A stretch of 63,617 nt of DNA, counting the filler, from Rhabdomonas costata (Eukaryota), in the NCBI GenBank assembly GCA_019059605.1. It is 21 parts of 21 records of this genome, joined end to end, with 100 filler letters (N's around TTAATTAATTAA, not from the genome) between each part and the next. Parts side by side here need not be neighbours in the genome. Positions count along the whole stretch, not along the records: positions 1 to 2,935 come from JAHMHO010001699.1; positions 3,036 to 5,970 come from JAHMHO010001700.1; positions 6,071 to 9,015 come from JAHMHO010001701.1; positions 9,116 to 12,046 come from JAHMHO010001702.1; positions 12,147 to 15,024 come from JAHMHO010001703.1; 16 more parts are not named here. One strand, written 5' to 3'. Position 1 is the stretch's first letter. Every line of letters begins with the position of its first letter. The notes under the pieces were generated by a model. That model was not told where the DNA came from, searched no databases, and worked only from the letters and a program-made list of their open reading frames with translations. This document shows, piece after piece, positions 1 to 12,502 of this stretch. The position numbers and the translations under genes were made by a program.

Positions 1-1555
1 GGTGTTGTGACGGTTTCCGCGACAGCGCCAGTACACCGTTGGCTCCCTCCTGTCTGTATGAGCAACGTTTTCAGCCAGTTGTCAAATCCATCTTGTTACG
101 CAAAAGCCCGAAACCTGCGTTTCAGCAACTCCGCAACATTGACTGCATCTTTTGGCTGCTGCGCGCGTTCAAAGTGCCAAGCACGAGCCGCTGATCCCTG
201 ACGGCCGCGACCAGTCAAATGCCCTGCTGGCTTCCAGGAGTTGCATTTGCGTAACACGTCAGCCTGGCGCAACCTCAAAATGCAGGTCGGCGTCTTCGTT
301 TGCGGGTAAGCGCGGATCAACTCGTGGGTGTGCGCGAAAGCCCCGGGATCAGTGTGGGATCCTGGAGTCGCAAGTGGGACTTGTTGTGCGGCCAGCTATT
401 GTCGCAACTCCGCATGGCAAGCGCGCGCCAGTTGGCTGGATAAATTGCTGCACTGCAGCGTACAGCTGCGCAGCAGTTTGCGAAATATCAGATTGCGCGG
501 CGGTATGTTCCGCCGTGGGCTGCACATGCTGACCGACGTTCGGCGGAAGCTGTTCAACCACGTGTTGCTGTGGGTTCCAGTGCCTGCAATAGCTGAAAAG
601 TTCATGATGAGCTTGCGCGCGTCTCAATCTGTCTCACTCTTGCAAATGCTCCAAACCAGAAGCGTGCTCGCGAGGGCCTTTCCGAGCTTTCCTGCCCCCG
701 ATATGCTAATTCCAGGCGTCACACCTGTGGTCATCAGTGATATGCTATGGAAATGTTGGCGGATTATCCCGTCTATCGTCATGTAGATGGTTAAACCCAT
801 CACATGAAAGCGCGGCTGATGCAGACGGGGGTCTTGGCGCGGATGGCGATACGGGGAATATGTCTCATCTCGTTATCCCCGTGACGGGGTATGAGAAAGA
901 CCCCTCGGTAGCGTTTCACCGCCCTGGCATCGAGATGCCCGTGCCAATCCCCGTGAGCGTGTCTCGGTTTATCCCAGCGAAGCCACCAGCAACGAGGCGC
1001 GCCGTCGCGCAACGGTACTCACAGTAGAGACTTTATATAAATTCAGATCATGAGGATAAATCAGAGGAAAAGCATTTTAGGGTGGTGTTGCATTTCACGT
1101 GTTTTGCTCCTAGAAGCTCCTGGCGTGATTCACAGCGTTTGTCATACTATGTCATGACCATGTGACCCCAGTCCTCGGAAATACGCGGCGTTCATTTCGG
1201 CCGACGATAGCAAAGAGACTTTGAGTGTTGGGGCGCGACCTTGTTGCGCAAAGCAACCACAAGCGTAGACAACCCCGGACCAGCGCCACAGGTCCGCTCC
1301 ACCACAGCCGCGGAGAGAAGCCGGAATCATATCCGAGAGCTCACCACACGCCAGCGCGCAGGCTACCGGGTATTCGTCCGCATCCGTCCGCGTGGACATT
1401 AAGCTTCACACACAGATCAAAAGCACGCAAGACAATTTCTTAAAACTTCGTTAATATCCCTGCCGTCTCTCTCGCCGTTGTTTTTTTTTCAGCATGCAGA
1501 GAAATTTGCTTCGCAGTCCCCGTTTTTAAACATTTTTTTCTGGACAAGCGCAAAC

Positions 1556-2908
1556 ATGCCCTTTTCCCGCTCTCCATCGCCTGTTCGGCGAAGGGGGCGC
1601 TCCGGAAGCCGCGGAAGGCCTCCCCCACAGCGCAATACTTCCCCCCGGCAACCCTTCGGCCGCAGGTTCTGGGGCTGTGGGTGGGAGGGGAGAGGGAGAG
1701 TTTTCACTTGCAATCACACCCCTTACCGTCTTGGATTCCCCATATCCAACTTCGCTATGGTCTCATTCTTTCGGGCGTTTCGGGCGGGAAAAGCCTCAAC
1801 TCTGCTATATTCCAAAAGGGGGCCCCCCGCTCCCCTCTTCCCAACTTGGGCTCGCGCCCTCCGATGCTGCTCCTGTTCAATCAGCTCTGAGCGAACTATC
1901 CCAACAAACGACAAAAAGTGATTATGACCCGAGTTTCTCGGACTTCAGCCTCGCGACGAGACCTCTCTATCAAATGCCCAAGTCTTGGCCTTTTGGCTGA
2001 CTTCATTACGCCCCCAGCTTCATTTGAGTCGTCTTACGAGTTGCTGACTGCTGAAGCCCCCCAGAGATTATCGATCCCAGCTTTAGGACACTGCCTCTTG
2101 GGCGGATTTCAATGAGGATTCAGCAAAAATAAAAATTACGAGATTCCGTTATGGAGGTGCGCTGCATTTTTTTTATGCTTCAGACTCAGCGATTTTCTTG
2201 TGCTTTGACCTTTCCGTATACGTCACCTTTCCATCCAGAAGGAAACACCATTTCACACATTCACACCACAACCACGCTCGCAAAGTAAATTGTCAAAAGC
2301 TTGTATCTCCCTTTGCATGAAACTGTTGTCACTTAGCGAAAAGCGAGATGTCTTTTAGGTCTGCTTGGCTCGGTCATCTCCGCGTCTTAGCATGAAGTGG
2401 ATCACCGCCTTCTCCTTAACTGTGAGTCTCATCTCCCTCTGCGCTCCGGGTTTTTTTTTGCCTTGGGACTTAGTGGTTTTTGTGTAAAGCTGAATTCCAT
2501 TGGCCACACAACGGAATTTGCTTGCATATCGAGTGACATTCCTCCGGAAGCGTTTCTTTAAGCGTCCTGATAGTATTGTGTATTGTTTGTCTTCTTGCTC
2601 ATGAAAGGATGTTTTGTGATTTTGCTAGGCGTCCACCAATGAAGCCGGGTTAGGGTTTCCAGATCTAAATCCAAAGTTTGGGGCTACCAACTTGCCAAAC
2701 TAGTATAAACTTTTGGCCCCTCTCGTTCTGGGAGTGTATCTCTCTTTACTTCGCACCTTTAACTTTCAGGCTGCCCTCACCTCCGCTTCCCCCCGGCCTG
2801 GACCTGCCCCGCAGCCCGCGCACCCCGGAGACCTTCACATTCAATGACGAGCTGGTGCTCCCCCCGCGGGATTCCCGCTCCGAGGATTTCCACTGCTACA
2901 GCGAGGCC
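1556..2908 (+). CDS. 5' part of an Arg/Ser/Pro-rich protein of unknown function (exons 1556-1665 and 2770 to about 2908)
   Basis: ATG preceded by a polypyrimidine/AG tract; MPFSRSPSPVRRRGRSGSRGRPPPQ. The phase-2 donor AG|gttct matches acceptor tttcag|G, giving RLPSPPLPPGLDLPRSPRTPETFTFNDELVLPP. Intermediate exons are possible. Confidence 0.55.
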
Positions 2909-2935
2909 CACCCAACACCCAAACACACCCACCAC

Positions 2936-3035
2936 NNNNNNNNNNNNNNNNNNNNNNNNNNNNNNNNNNNNNNNNNNNNTTAATTAATTAANNNNNNNNN
3001 NNNNNNNNNNNNNNNNNNNNNNNNNNNNNNNNNNN
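2936..3035. other. Artificial contig spacer (first of 20; the others start at 5971, 9016, 12047, 15025, 18055, 21199, 24230, 27261, 30292, 33323, 36354, 39385, 42421, 45451, 48477, 51506, 54535, 57563, 60589)
   Basis: Identical 44N-TTAATTAATTAA-44N block, giving stops in all six frames, recurring about every 3 kb. Typical of a pseudo-molecule of unplaced contigs. Confidence 0.99.
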
Positions 3036-3666
3036 AAATCGTTTCCTTTACGGGACGACGTCAAAAAGAAGCAGTCCACAGGTACCACTCCACTCCAGTT
3101 GCAGGATGCCAGTTGCATTTTCAAAATCGTTAACAAACAGACACAACTGTCCCTAAGTCAAAGATCAAAACAGTTGTATAGCATGGGCTCCAACTCTGCC
3201 GTGATGAATTTTGGGAATACCGCTTTACGACTTCAGTCGACACAACCATTTGGGTGACGTGAGGGACTTTGGCCTTTCGAGTTTGGGAAGTGGTCTTTCT
3301 CCTTTATTCCGAGACATCGAGGGGTTTGAAGTTTGGCCCCAAAAAAATAAACAGAGAAAATGCGGAGAATGCATAGAAAAATCCGGCCTTGGTATCTCAG
3401 TTTCTGGCTCCCCTCGGAGCTGATCCCGCAGAAGCCAATTCCGAAGAAACTGCAATATGATTGGGTCATTTTTCGGTGCTGGGACTTTTTCTTGCTGAGG
3501 GGCTTCTGATTTCTGACCTGTGGAATTTGTGCATCCTATTTTGTGGTCTATGCTGTGTCGTGGCAGGTTGTTGGTGTTTCGGAAAAGTGGAAGTTATCAC
3601 TTTCCTTTACTTGCAATATCCCGGCCGTCCTGAACTTTCCCTGAACTAACTCCCATGGCCCCTTAG

Positions 3667-4465
3667 ATTTCGCTGAAGGTGCAGTTCAAAGGCTCCACGG
3701 AATTTCGCCGAATAAGCGTCCTGGAGGGTTCCTCCTACAACGAGCTCTTGGCGATTCTGAAAGCGGAGTTCGGAGATTTTGCTGGTTTTGCATACATCGA
3801 TCAGGTTGGCTGCCGGACGCAGAATACAGAAGTTTCCCTTCCATCTTTCCATGTGGGTGTTAATTTTGAACCCGTGGCAGCGTTCCAGTCCGACTCGACC
3901 AGGTCCAGTCCTCCAAAACGCTTCAACCCACCGGTTCTCAGAAAGTGTCATTCAACTCAAGTGATGCAGGAGGGAGGGAGGGTGGTAACTTTTTCCATAT
4001 CCTTGTCTTCAGCGGTTATTTTTACCAATGGTGGGGTAAAGGAGGAAAAGGAGTTGGGTTGAGCGAAGTTGAGCATGTACGAAACATCCGTTTTCTTTTT
4101 GCTTGAAATGGGTTAGACCGAACGAAGGCCATTCCGGCGCTTTCATACGTGATGGTTGGTAAAATTGCTACCGGTGGTAACTGGCACCCTCACCCCTTCA
4201 TTCATTTGTTGGAGCAAATGGGGGGACGCTTTCTTTGAACGCAACGTTTGCGACTACGTGAATGAGCGAGAGTAGTGCAACCACCGCAGAAAGGAATGAG
4301 AGGCGTTCTCCGCGCAGTGTTGTATGCATCACTTTCGCCCCCCCCCTCCCCTTTCAGGAAGACGACCGCATCTCTGTTGTTAACGATGGGGACCTCAAGG
4401 AGGCCTTTGCGTCTTACCGGACCCGCCTCCTGCCTCGTGGGCACGCGCTTCGGCTCACTTTACAA
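3667..4465 (+). CDS. PB1-domain protein, partial (exons 3667-3804, 4358-4465)
   Basis: Spliced: ISLKVQFKGSTEFRRISV...YNELLAILKAEFGDFAGFAYIDQ|EDDRISVVNDGDLKEAF. Has the N-terminal Lys and the acidic OPCA motif (YxDxEDDxI...D-L-EAF); GT-AG phase-0 intron. Confidence 0.8.
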
Positions 4466-4660
4466 GTTCGGACAGTTTGCGGAGCGTTTCTCTTCATGCT
4501 TGGTTGGGGTGGGGGGTAGTTGGTTTGGCTGGTTTCTCGGCTGCCTTTGAGAGTTTTTCGAGCCTCGGAGGGGGGAGGCTGGGATTCTCGTGTGAAGCTA
4601 AGCGAAGCAAACGTGTCCATCACTTTCACAGAAAACTGCCTTCATCCCATGACCGGAAGT

Positions 4661-4710
4661 TGTGGGGACCCCACACACATATGTGGGGACCCCACACACA
4701 TATGTGGGGT
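4661..4710. repeat. 21-bp tandem repeat (about 2.4 copies) with hairpin potential
   Basis: tgtggggaccccacacacata twice, then tgtggggtc. Confidence 0.9.
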
Positions 4711-6930
4711 CGCTGTGTGTCGCAATCCCTTTTGCCAGGACTGGAATCGAGGGCTAGATGGGGTCCACTGTACCCCCTCCCCCGGGTGGTACCCCTATAC
4801 CAGGAACCCTTCCGTGGCCCAGCTATAGCCCTACAAGTGCCAGTGGGGGCGGGCTGTCCAATGGTGCTAGCCTGGGGCTGTGGAAGCTAGGGCAAAGCCA
4901 GATAAGGTCACTTCAAGGTCCCCCTTTGCGGTTATGGCTGGCCTATAAACCTGCTGTACCATACTATACCAGGGTACCCAATAGCTGAAACCCCTCAAGG
5001 CCCCAAGGCCCAGCAATAGGTGGGTGACCCCCACACAAGCGGTAGTGGACTGTACAATGTACAATGGTGCAGGTGTAGGGGTCTCCCTGCCTGTGGCCAT
5101 GCTTTGTGGGCGCAGATAGCGGTGTACTATGCCCGGGGTATCTGGTGGTGTAGCGAAGCCTGGGCGAGTGTGGTGGTGTTCCAATTGGCATGAATTTCTC
5201 TTTTTGCCAGGCCAGCAATGCACAAAGTCCCCCCAAAGGCCTGTTAGGCAGCCGCGAACACATCTCGGCCCACTTCCATGCCGGAATTGTACGCTCAGGT
5301 ATTCTAAGCAGGCCCAGCCCTCCGCACCCCCCTTAGGTATGATAGGCTGTTTGAAGTCTTGCTAATATCCACAAAAACGAAGAGACCTCCGCAGCACGCG
5401 CGAAAATGGCACGAGCGCCAGCCATAGACCCCGTTGCAGCACTGATTCACTCCTTTTCTGCGCCACTTTACCGGCATTCTTTTTGTTTTGCATTATTCGG
5501 GGGCAGCATTTCGCAATACATTGCGACTGCATTGAGTTCGGTTTCCCTTTTGTAACGACTTCGGGCACTGCTTTACTTAGCGCACCCTACCAGTATACTT
5601 TTGTATATAGGTAGAAGTTAGAAGACTTTAATGGTTTTGGAGGGCAATGCAAGTGTCCACTGGTGTGTGTGTGTGTGCGTGTCTGGACAGTATCTTTATT
5701 TAGGCGCGTTCTGCCCCCTCCATAACTTGAGTTGAACTTACTTAAGTCTGCGGTGATTGAGAGCTGGTAGTGCGACCTAAAGCTATTTTTTAAAATAGCC
5801 AAAAAGTGGCAGATCATTGCAAAGAATGACCTGCATAGCAGTATTAATTTTAAGAAGTTTTTATGGCTCGTCGGCTGCACATATCGCATCTAAATCGGCT
5901 GGGATTCGAATGCAGATTGCAAACAAACACCCACCATCACTTATACTTAGCGGTAGATGCACCACCACCCNNNNNNNNNNNNNNNNNNNNNNNNNNNNNN
6001 NNNNNNNNNNNNNNTTAATTAATTAANNNNNNNNNNNNNNNNNNNNNNNNNNNNNNNNNNNNNNNNNNNNGTGGTGGGTGTGTTTGGGTGGTTTGGGGGA
6101 TGGGACATGATGGAGGCCTTGGCTCTGTGCGTATGGTTGGTTGGGAGCCTCAGATGTTGGTCCCATCTAAATTCGCGTCAAATTTCCGCGTGGTTTTTAA
6201 GACTTTTTCTTTTGGTTGGTTCTTTCTCTTGCATTTTGGGGTTCTGGCTATCTTTTATCCCGTATTGGCATCTTGGCATCTTGGTCTCTTCTTCAGTTGT
6301 GTTTCTTGGTTCAGGTGGTTGGAATCTTGGTGCAGGTATTGGGATCTTGGATGGATGTTGGTGTGGATGGATGTTTGGGCGTTGGCAACTTTGCAGCGCG
6401 GGGGTTCTTGCGCACACGTCTCTCGATATGTGCTTTGGTATGTAGGTATGTGCTGATGTAGGTATATGATATATAATGAGGTATGTATCGGCATCTTGGC
6501 ATCGGGGTTAGAATCTTGGCGTCGGTTCTTGGGTGGTATTGTTGGCATGTAGGAGGGTTGGACATGTAAGGTAGCTATGACAAGGTGGGCATTTCTTGCG
6601 TCTTGGGTTTGGAAGTTGGGTTCGGGGTTTGGTTGTGCGGGTATTTTGGGAAAGTGGGTGTAAAGGGGCTATGCATGGGTAGGATGGGGTATCAGTGTCT
6701 AGGGTTCGTGGGTTTTGTGTGGGTTTTGTGTGAGTTTTGGATGTTGGTGGGTTGGTGTGCCGGTTATCGGGCGTTGTAGATGCTTGTAGTGGTGATTGGT
6801 GGTGCGTAGTTGGTTTAGTTGTTGGTTGTGCGGTTGGTAGCCGTGATGGTAGGTATGGAGTGTGTTGGTAGCTATGGGTGACTGGGTTGAGTTTTGGGGT
6901 TCATGGTTCGTGTGTGTTGGTGAGCGTGGT

Positions 6931-8540
6931 CACCTCTAACTCCTTCTGGAAATGTACCACAATCTTCCCCATCTCCCAAAGTCTACAATGGTGCCACTTT
7001 GTAGTGTCCTACAACTCTGCAGTGGTCAAGTTGAAATACCTCTTCCTCACTACTGGGTCAAGCCAGTAGTCGGCCAACCAATCCTCTGGATCACCTGCTG
7101 CTGCAACCCTTAAAGATGCACAGAGCTGTCCATCGAACCTCAACGTCGCCAAACTCAACAAACACTCCATCTCTGCAAATCCCAGATTCGCCTCGTCCAC
7201 TGGGTGCCTAGACAAGGCATCGGCAGCGACATTTTGCCTTCCAGGAATGTGGGCGAACTGCAAAGTATACATCTCTAATGTATCCAACCACCGCACTTGC
7301 ATTGGCGAATGCCTGGGGTTCTTATGCAAATATCTTAACGCTGAGTTGTCCGTGTGACCTTTGACATCTGAACCCATCAAGTAATGCCTCCCTTCTTCCA
7401 ACGTGTATACCAACGTTAGCATCTTCTTCTCATGCACTGGGTAGTTTTTCTATGCAGTGGAGAGCTTTCTGGAACGACACGCCACCAATTTAATCTTTCC
7501 ATCTTCACCTTGCTGCGAAAGCGTTGCTCCAATCCACACCTCTGAAGCATCCATGTGAAGCACCATTGGCTTCTTAAAATATGGCACAACCAAAACTGGA
7601 GATTTCAACAGTCTGGCTTTCAACCTCTGAAACGCAGTCTCCTGCGCTTCACTCCAAACCCACTTCTTCTTCTTCTTCATTATGTCTGTCAGTCGGGATG
7701 CCACTGTGGCGTAATATTCCACGAATATCTGGTAAAAACCACACAACGCAAGAAAACTCTTCACATCTGTAGGGTTCCGCAACTGCGGCCATTTATATAC
7801 TGCCATCAGTTTCCTAGGCTGGGGTCTAATACCATTTCTCCCACAATAAATCCACAATACTCGAATTCTGGCTGTGCAAACATACACTTCTCTGGATTTG
7901 CAAGAAACTTCTCGTTATCCAACCTCTGGTACAACACCCGCAAAGCTTCTAGATGGGCTTCCAAGGTCTCTGTATGGACGAGAATGTCGTCCTCGTACGC
8001 ACCTGTAATCTCTCGCAGATCCTCAAGAACGAAGTCCACGGTTCTCTGAAACGTGGCTGGAGCATTACACAACACAAGTGGCATTACTTTGAATTGGAAC
8101 AAACCGTACTTTGTCTTGAATGCCGTCATCTCCACATGCTCTGGATGAATGCGGATCTGATGAAATCCCGCATGCAAATCTAGTTTGGAAAACCACTGCG
8201 CCTTTCCCGCGTGATCAATCATCTCGTAAATTCGAGGTAAATGGTATACATCTGTAACATTGATTGCATTCAAAGGTCTGTAATTCACGCACAGCCGCAA
8301 CTTACCGTTGGCCTTTGGAACGAACAGCACCACTGCGCCATAAGGCGAGGTTGCTGGCTCTGTAAAACCAAGCTCCTGGAGACTCTTCAGTTGCTTCCGC
8401 AATTCTTCATCTTCCGCCGTGGACATTCGGTACAGCCTCTGGGATGGTACCTTACTTTCAGGCTTTAAATCAATCCTGTGGTCCGTCCTCATCAAATGGG
8501 GTAACCCTCCGGGAACTGAAGCTGGAAAGATGTGCACAAA
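6931..8540 (-). mobile_element. Decayed Ty3/Gypsy LTR-retrotransposon pol fragment (RT + RNase H)
   Basis: SPYGAVVLFVPKANGKLRLCVNYRPLN, FSKLDLHAGFHQIRI, TAFKTKYGLFQFKVMPLVLCNAPATFQR, YEDDILV; RNase H DAS...GATLSQ, TDNSAL, IPGRQNVAADALSR. Broken by a frameshift (about 7860-7890) and a stop (7450). No LTRs seen. Confidence 0.95.
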
Positions 8541-9467
8541 TTATTGGTTAACTTCTCGATCTCTGGAGGTGTTGGTAACACCGCACAAGGGGGGCCACAA
8601 ATGCTGTGGTCCACCTCCTTAATTAACTTCTCTACTTCCTTCCTGGGCAAATCTCGCAACTTTCTTTTGACCTTCCACTTAGGCTCCTGAACCCTAGCTA
8701 TGGCTCTCTGGTCCTACTCAGTCGGAGTGACCTCTTCCACATCAATTGTGGAAACAGCACCCTCTGAAATCAACTCTGGAAGACTCCGCACCCTGTGGAA
8801 CTGTCCACGCCAATGGATAGCTTCCTCGTATCTTTCACCTAAAGCTCTTCTTCCTCTGAAAAACTCCGAAAAAATACCGCTGAATCACTGCAGTCTGGTC
8901 GTGTGGACGAATTTCCCTTCCATCCGGCCTCCCTCCCGTTGACTGGCTCTCTTTTTCACCCGGGGTATTCCCCCACTGTCACTCTATCGGCCATCCGTCT
9001 CTCACCAACCCACCCNNNNNNNNNNNNNNNNNNNNNNNNNNNNNNNNNNNNNNNNNNNNTTAATTAATTAANNNNNNNNNNNNNNNNNNNNNNNNNNNNN
9101 NNNNNNNNNNNNNNNGGTGGGTGGGGAGGGGAGCATTTGCTCTGTGGGCAGGTTGATGGTGGGAATTTGTTTGTTTGTTGTGAAATGGGGGCTGGGAGGT
9201 TGGGCGATGCAGAAACAGAAAAAAGCGTGATGGTAGGATGAGAAGCGTGAGTGTCAGGATCGCAGGCGAGACTGAGGAGAGGAAAGGTAAGCAGTTTTGG
9301 CGCGATGAAAAGGATAATAAAAAAGAATACACAGCAAAGGAAACGCATTTAAGATGAACGACGGACAAACTGAAGCAGCGATGCAGCAGAAGGCTTCACC
9401 CAAGCACAAGCAAACATTGTCAGTGTTCAGTGAGCAGCCATCGCCAGGGGGGGGGGGAACAACCCAC

Positions 9468-11883
9468 CTGAGCGGCAGAGGACAGGCTGGAGTATTCGGC
9501 AAAGGCAAAGCCCCTCTTCAGGTCCAACGTTGCCAAGTTTCCAAAGCCCGTGAAAAGCTGCGAAAAAAAAAATTATGAAAACCCAACCCGCCAGGGAACA
9601 ACAGGACCGAGCCAATCAGTCGACCAAAAGCAAAAGTGAAGTACAGGGAGACCCGGAGAAAAGATGTGACCAGTTATCCCTCTCTTTTATCATTCAGTAA
9701 GTTGAAAAGCTCACAGAGCCCTGTGGATTTGCAATGACAGATTTCGGAGTTCCTTGTCAACACACATCAAACAGTTCTGTTCGGCCGAGCGGGCAACAAC
9801 ACAGAAGGTGCTGACCACCACAGCGGTGAGGCAGCAAGATGTATTCAGGTAAAATGTACTCTTGGGACCACGCTCCACCTTCCCACATCGAGTGCAGGTC
9901 ATTTTACATTTTCTCCTGCGCACCCTCCGCCGACTCCTTACTTATGACCGAAATGCAAATGTCGAAAGCCGGACCCCCTCCGCTGCCCTGCTGTGATGCC
10001 GTGAAAGCTGTTCCTGCTCCTTCCCGCGAGATGGAAGCCTCCGACAGGAAATATACCTTTCGAAGCTCCGTCGAGCTGACTTGAGGGTGAACGCCCCCAA
10101 TAAACACCGAGTAGGTCCCAGTGGACAGCTTTTGGGGCGCAGGGTCTTCCCTTGCCAGGATAGGGAGGCTGTCCCTGAACGGCCGCTTGCTCAGGGGCTC
10201 CTCCAGGAGAGCGGGGGGTTCCAGGGCGGGGGGTTCGGAGAGGATGGCCCTGCGCTTATCCTTGGGAGGATTCAGGCGCACCCCGAGCTTTCGGCCGCCC
10301 CATATGTCGTAATTGTCCAGGGCGCAGGAAGCAAGGGCGGCGGAGGGATCCGAGAACTCGATAAACGCGTACCCCTGTGAAGGGGAGTGGGTTTAGGAGG
10401 CCGTTGGTGAGGAGGGTAAGCCATGCCGTAAAAAGTAAGCAAACACGACACACAATTCAAACAGCAAGCAGCAAACAGCCATCTTCAGACAGAAACCACA
10501 CAGGAATGGCAGAATCACAACATCAAAACAGTTTTATCATGGAATAATGAAGACTACAAAAACCACAAATCAAGAGAACATGACACAAGAATTCACATCG
10601 GCTGTTAAAGACAGCATAAGTGACCGAAAAACCGACCCAGAAGTATGCTCAGTCTTCCGAGAGTGCCATTAATGCGTGCTGGTCGGTTGTGTGTGTGGGG
10701 GGGGGGCAGCGGCATGAGAATCCACCAAAATCAAAATGCTTTTGCGGGATTGAACTTCATCTGCGAAAAGCAGTCCAGCCGCGGCAAGGTGTAGTAGGAA
10801 GAAAAGAGAGGGTCTTGAGAACAGCGAGAAAATGAATTAAAACAGAGAGCTGAGAGAGCCGCGCTTCATTTTCAGTTTCGCTGAAGCAGGCAGAGACGCA
10901 ATCATCAGAAGCCAGAAGGTGAGGTCCAAATTCACACGAGAAGCGGGGGAAGTTAACCTTTTTAACATCCATCTTGGTGAGAGGGCCATACACAGCGAAC
11001 AGGGCTCGAAGCTCATCGGAGGACAGCTCGGCGGGGATCCCCCCACAAAACACCGAGCAGCAGCCGTCCAGGGCAGCGGAGTCAGCAGCAACAGCGGAAG
11101 ATGGGCCAAAGGCAGACGCACCCAGGAAAGCAGCAGCAGAAGCCACAGCAGCTGTGCCCCAGGGGCAGGGAGCAGGCAACCCCAACATTGCAGGTAACCC
11201 CAACATCCGGTCCCCACCATCCAGTTCCGGTCCCATTTATTCACTAAAAAGTAAAGACTAAAACGTAAAGAGGTCAACAGCGAGTGAGATTTCAGCGACA
11301 AGAAATTGGATTGCCAGCCAGAAAAACCTAGTATGTGCACCCTATGAATACCTAACTTCAGCAGAAAGAACACCAGCAGGCAGGAAGACCCACACGAGGC
11401 GCCCTTGATACATGCGGAAAAGGGGGCTATCTCAAGGAAAGAAAGGTTGGGGGCGCATTTGAAGAATAGCCCCAGTGTGCCCCCATTATTCATATCTCAT
11501 AAAGAATTCACAGAAATCAGAAATCCTCAAAGCACGGCCCCCAGGCCGCCAGCAAGAGCAGAGTCTATCCCAGCTGGTCGGGGTACATCTCCGCTTACTG
11601 CGAGCAATTCTAGGTTTTTGGCAATGGCCAGCCAGAACTCCCCAGTTCCCGAGGAAGTTCACTAAAGGCTTTACCCCCGCAGGGATAGAGATAAAGGGAA
11701 GGCGCGCGGAGAGGCACCCGATTCTTCCCCTCTCTTCCTCTTCTTGTTCTCCTCCGTGTTCACCCGCACTGCTAGGGGCCGGGAGCTGCCCTCAAGCACA
11801 ACCCCGTTCATCACGGCCGCTGCAGTATGCGCCGAGTCAGCCGAGAGGTAATCTATGAAGGCAAAGCTGCCCTTGTTGTCCAC
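9468..11883 (-). CDS. Multi-RRM RNA-binding protein, partial, at least 3 RRMs (exons 11883-11718, about 11152-10958, about 10374-10057, 9557-9468)
   Basis: RNP1 motifs KGSFAFIDY, KKGYAFIEF, KRGFAFAEY and RNP2 motifs VFCGGIP, VFIGGVH; phase-compatible GT-AG introns. Confidence 0.9.
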
Positions 11884-12502
11884 CTGCGACCCAACCACAC
11901 AATCGTCTAACGTGCGCCATTTTGCTATTTTGCTGTCAACCAGCGCGCAGCTGGCTTTTGCCTCGCGATTGAGTGAGATGAAAGAGCAGCCACCACAATA
12001 TGTAAAAACGCGTTTAAAGCGGTAGAAACCACCCAACGACACAAAANNNNNNNNNNNNNNNNNNNNNNNNNNNNNNNNNNNNNNNNNNNNTTAATTAATT
12101 AANNNNNNNNNNNNNNNNNNNNNNNNNNNNNNNNNNNNNNNNNNNNTGGACTGGAGATTTCGTCTACTCATAATCAAGCCAATCGAATTCAGAACAAAAC
12201 AGGCCAAGCCCGCACAAATGGGGTGCCAAAGGTTCGCTTGAGTGGGCCAAACGTCCACCAGGACATCGCCCCCCATCTTCGCAGAAATGGTAGTGGTGAA
12301 AAAATCAACTGCGCAACCTCAGCAATAATGAGCGCCGAAATACGATACATAGCCTGCGTTTGGCCTAGGAAAGGGTAATGGGGAAGCAGCAGGGTTACGA
12401 TAAAATCTTTCCTGCTTTTTTTTTGTTGCAGGTTTATCCAGGTTTTACATCATTTTCAGACTTTTTACACCCCCCCCCCCCTCCCAATACACCAGACCGC
12501 CT

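Noticed and set aside
2980-2991. Regularly spaced TTAATTAATTAA repeats resembling a CRISPR-like or regulatory array
   Set aside because: Artificial six-frame-stop linker embedded in N runs.
3655-3666. ATG-GCC-CCT-TAG in frame with the PB1 domain, suggesting TAG reassignment
   Set aside because: The TAG is explained as a splice acceptor. No in-frame stops occur in any homology-anchored exon, and TAA ends the ARMC2-like gene.
6071-6930. G/T-rich region with recurring atcttgg and several hydrophobic ORFs
   Set aside because: Low-complexity, compositionally skewed sequence at a contig start; the ORFs are composition artefacts. Likely degenerate satellite or poor-quality reads.
11234-11245. In-frame TAA just after an apparent acceptor in the RRM gene
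   Set aside because: A downstream acceptor (ggcacag|CT, about 11152) joins the previous exon in phase without any stop.
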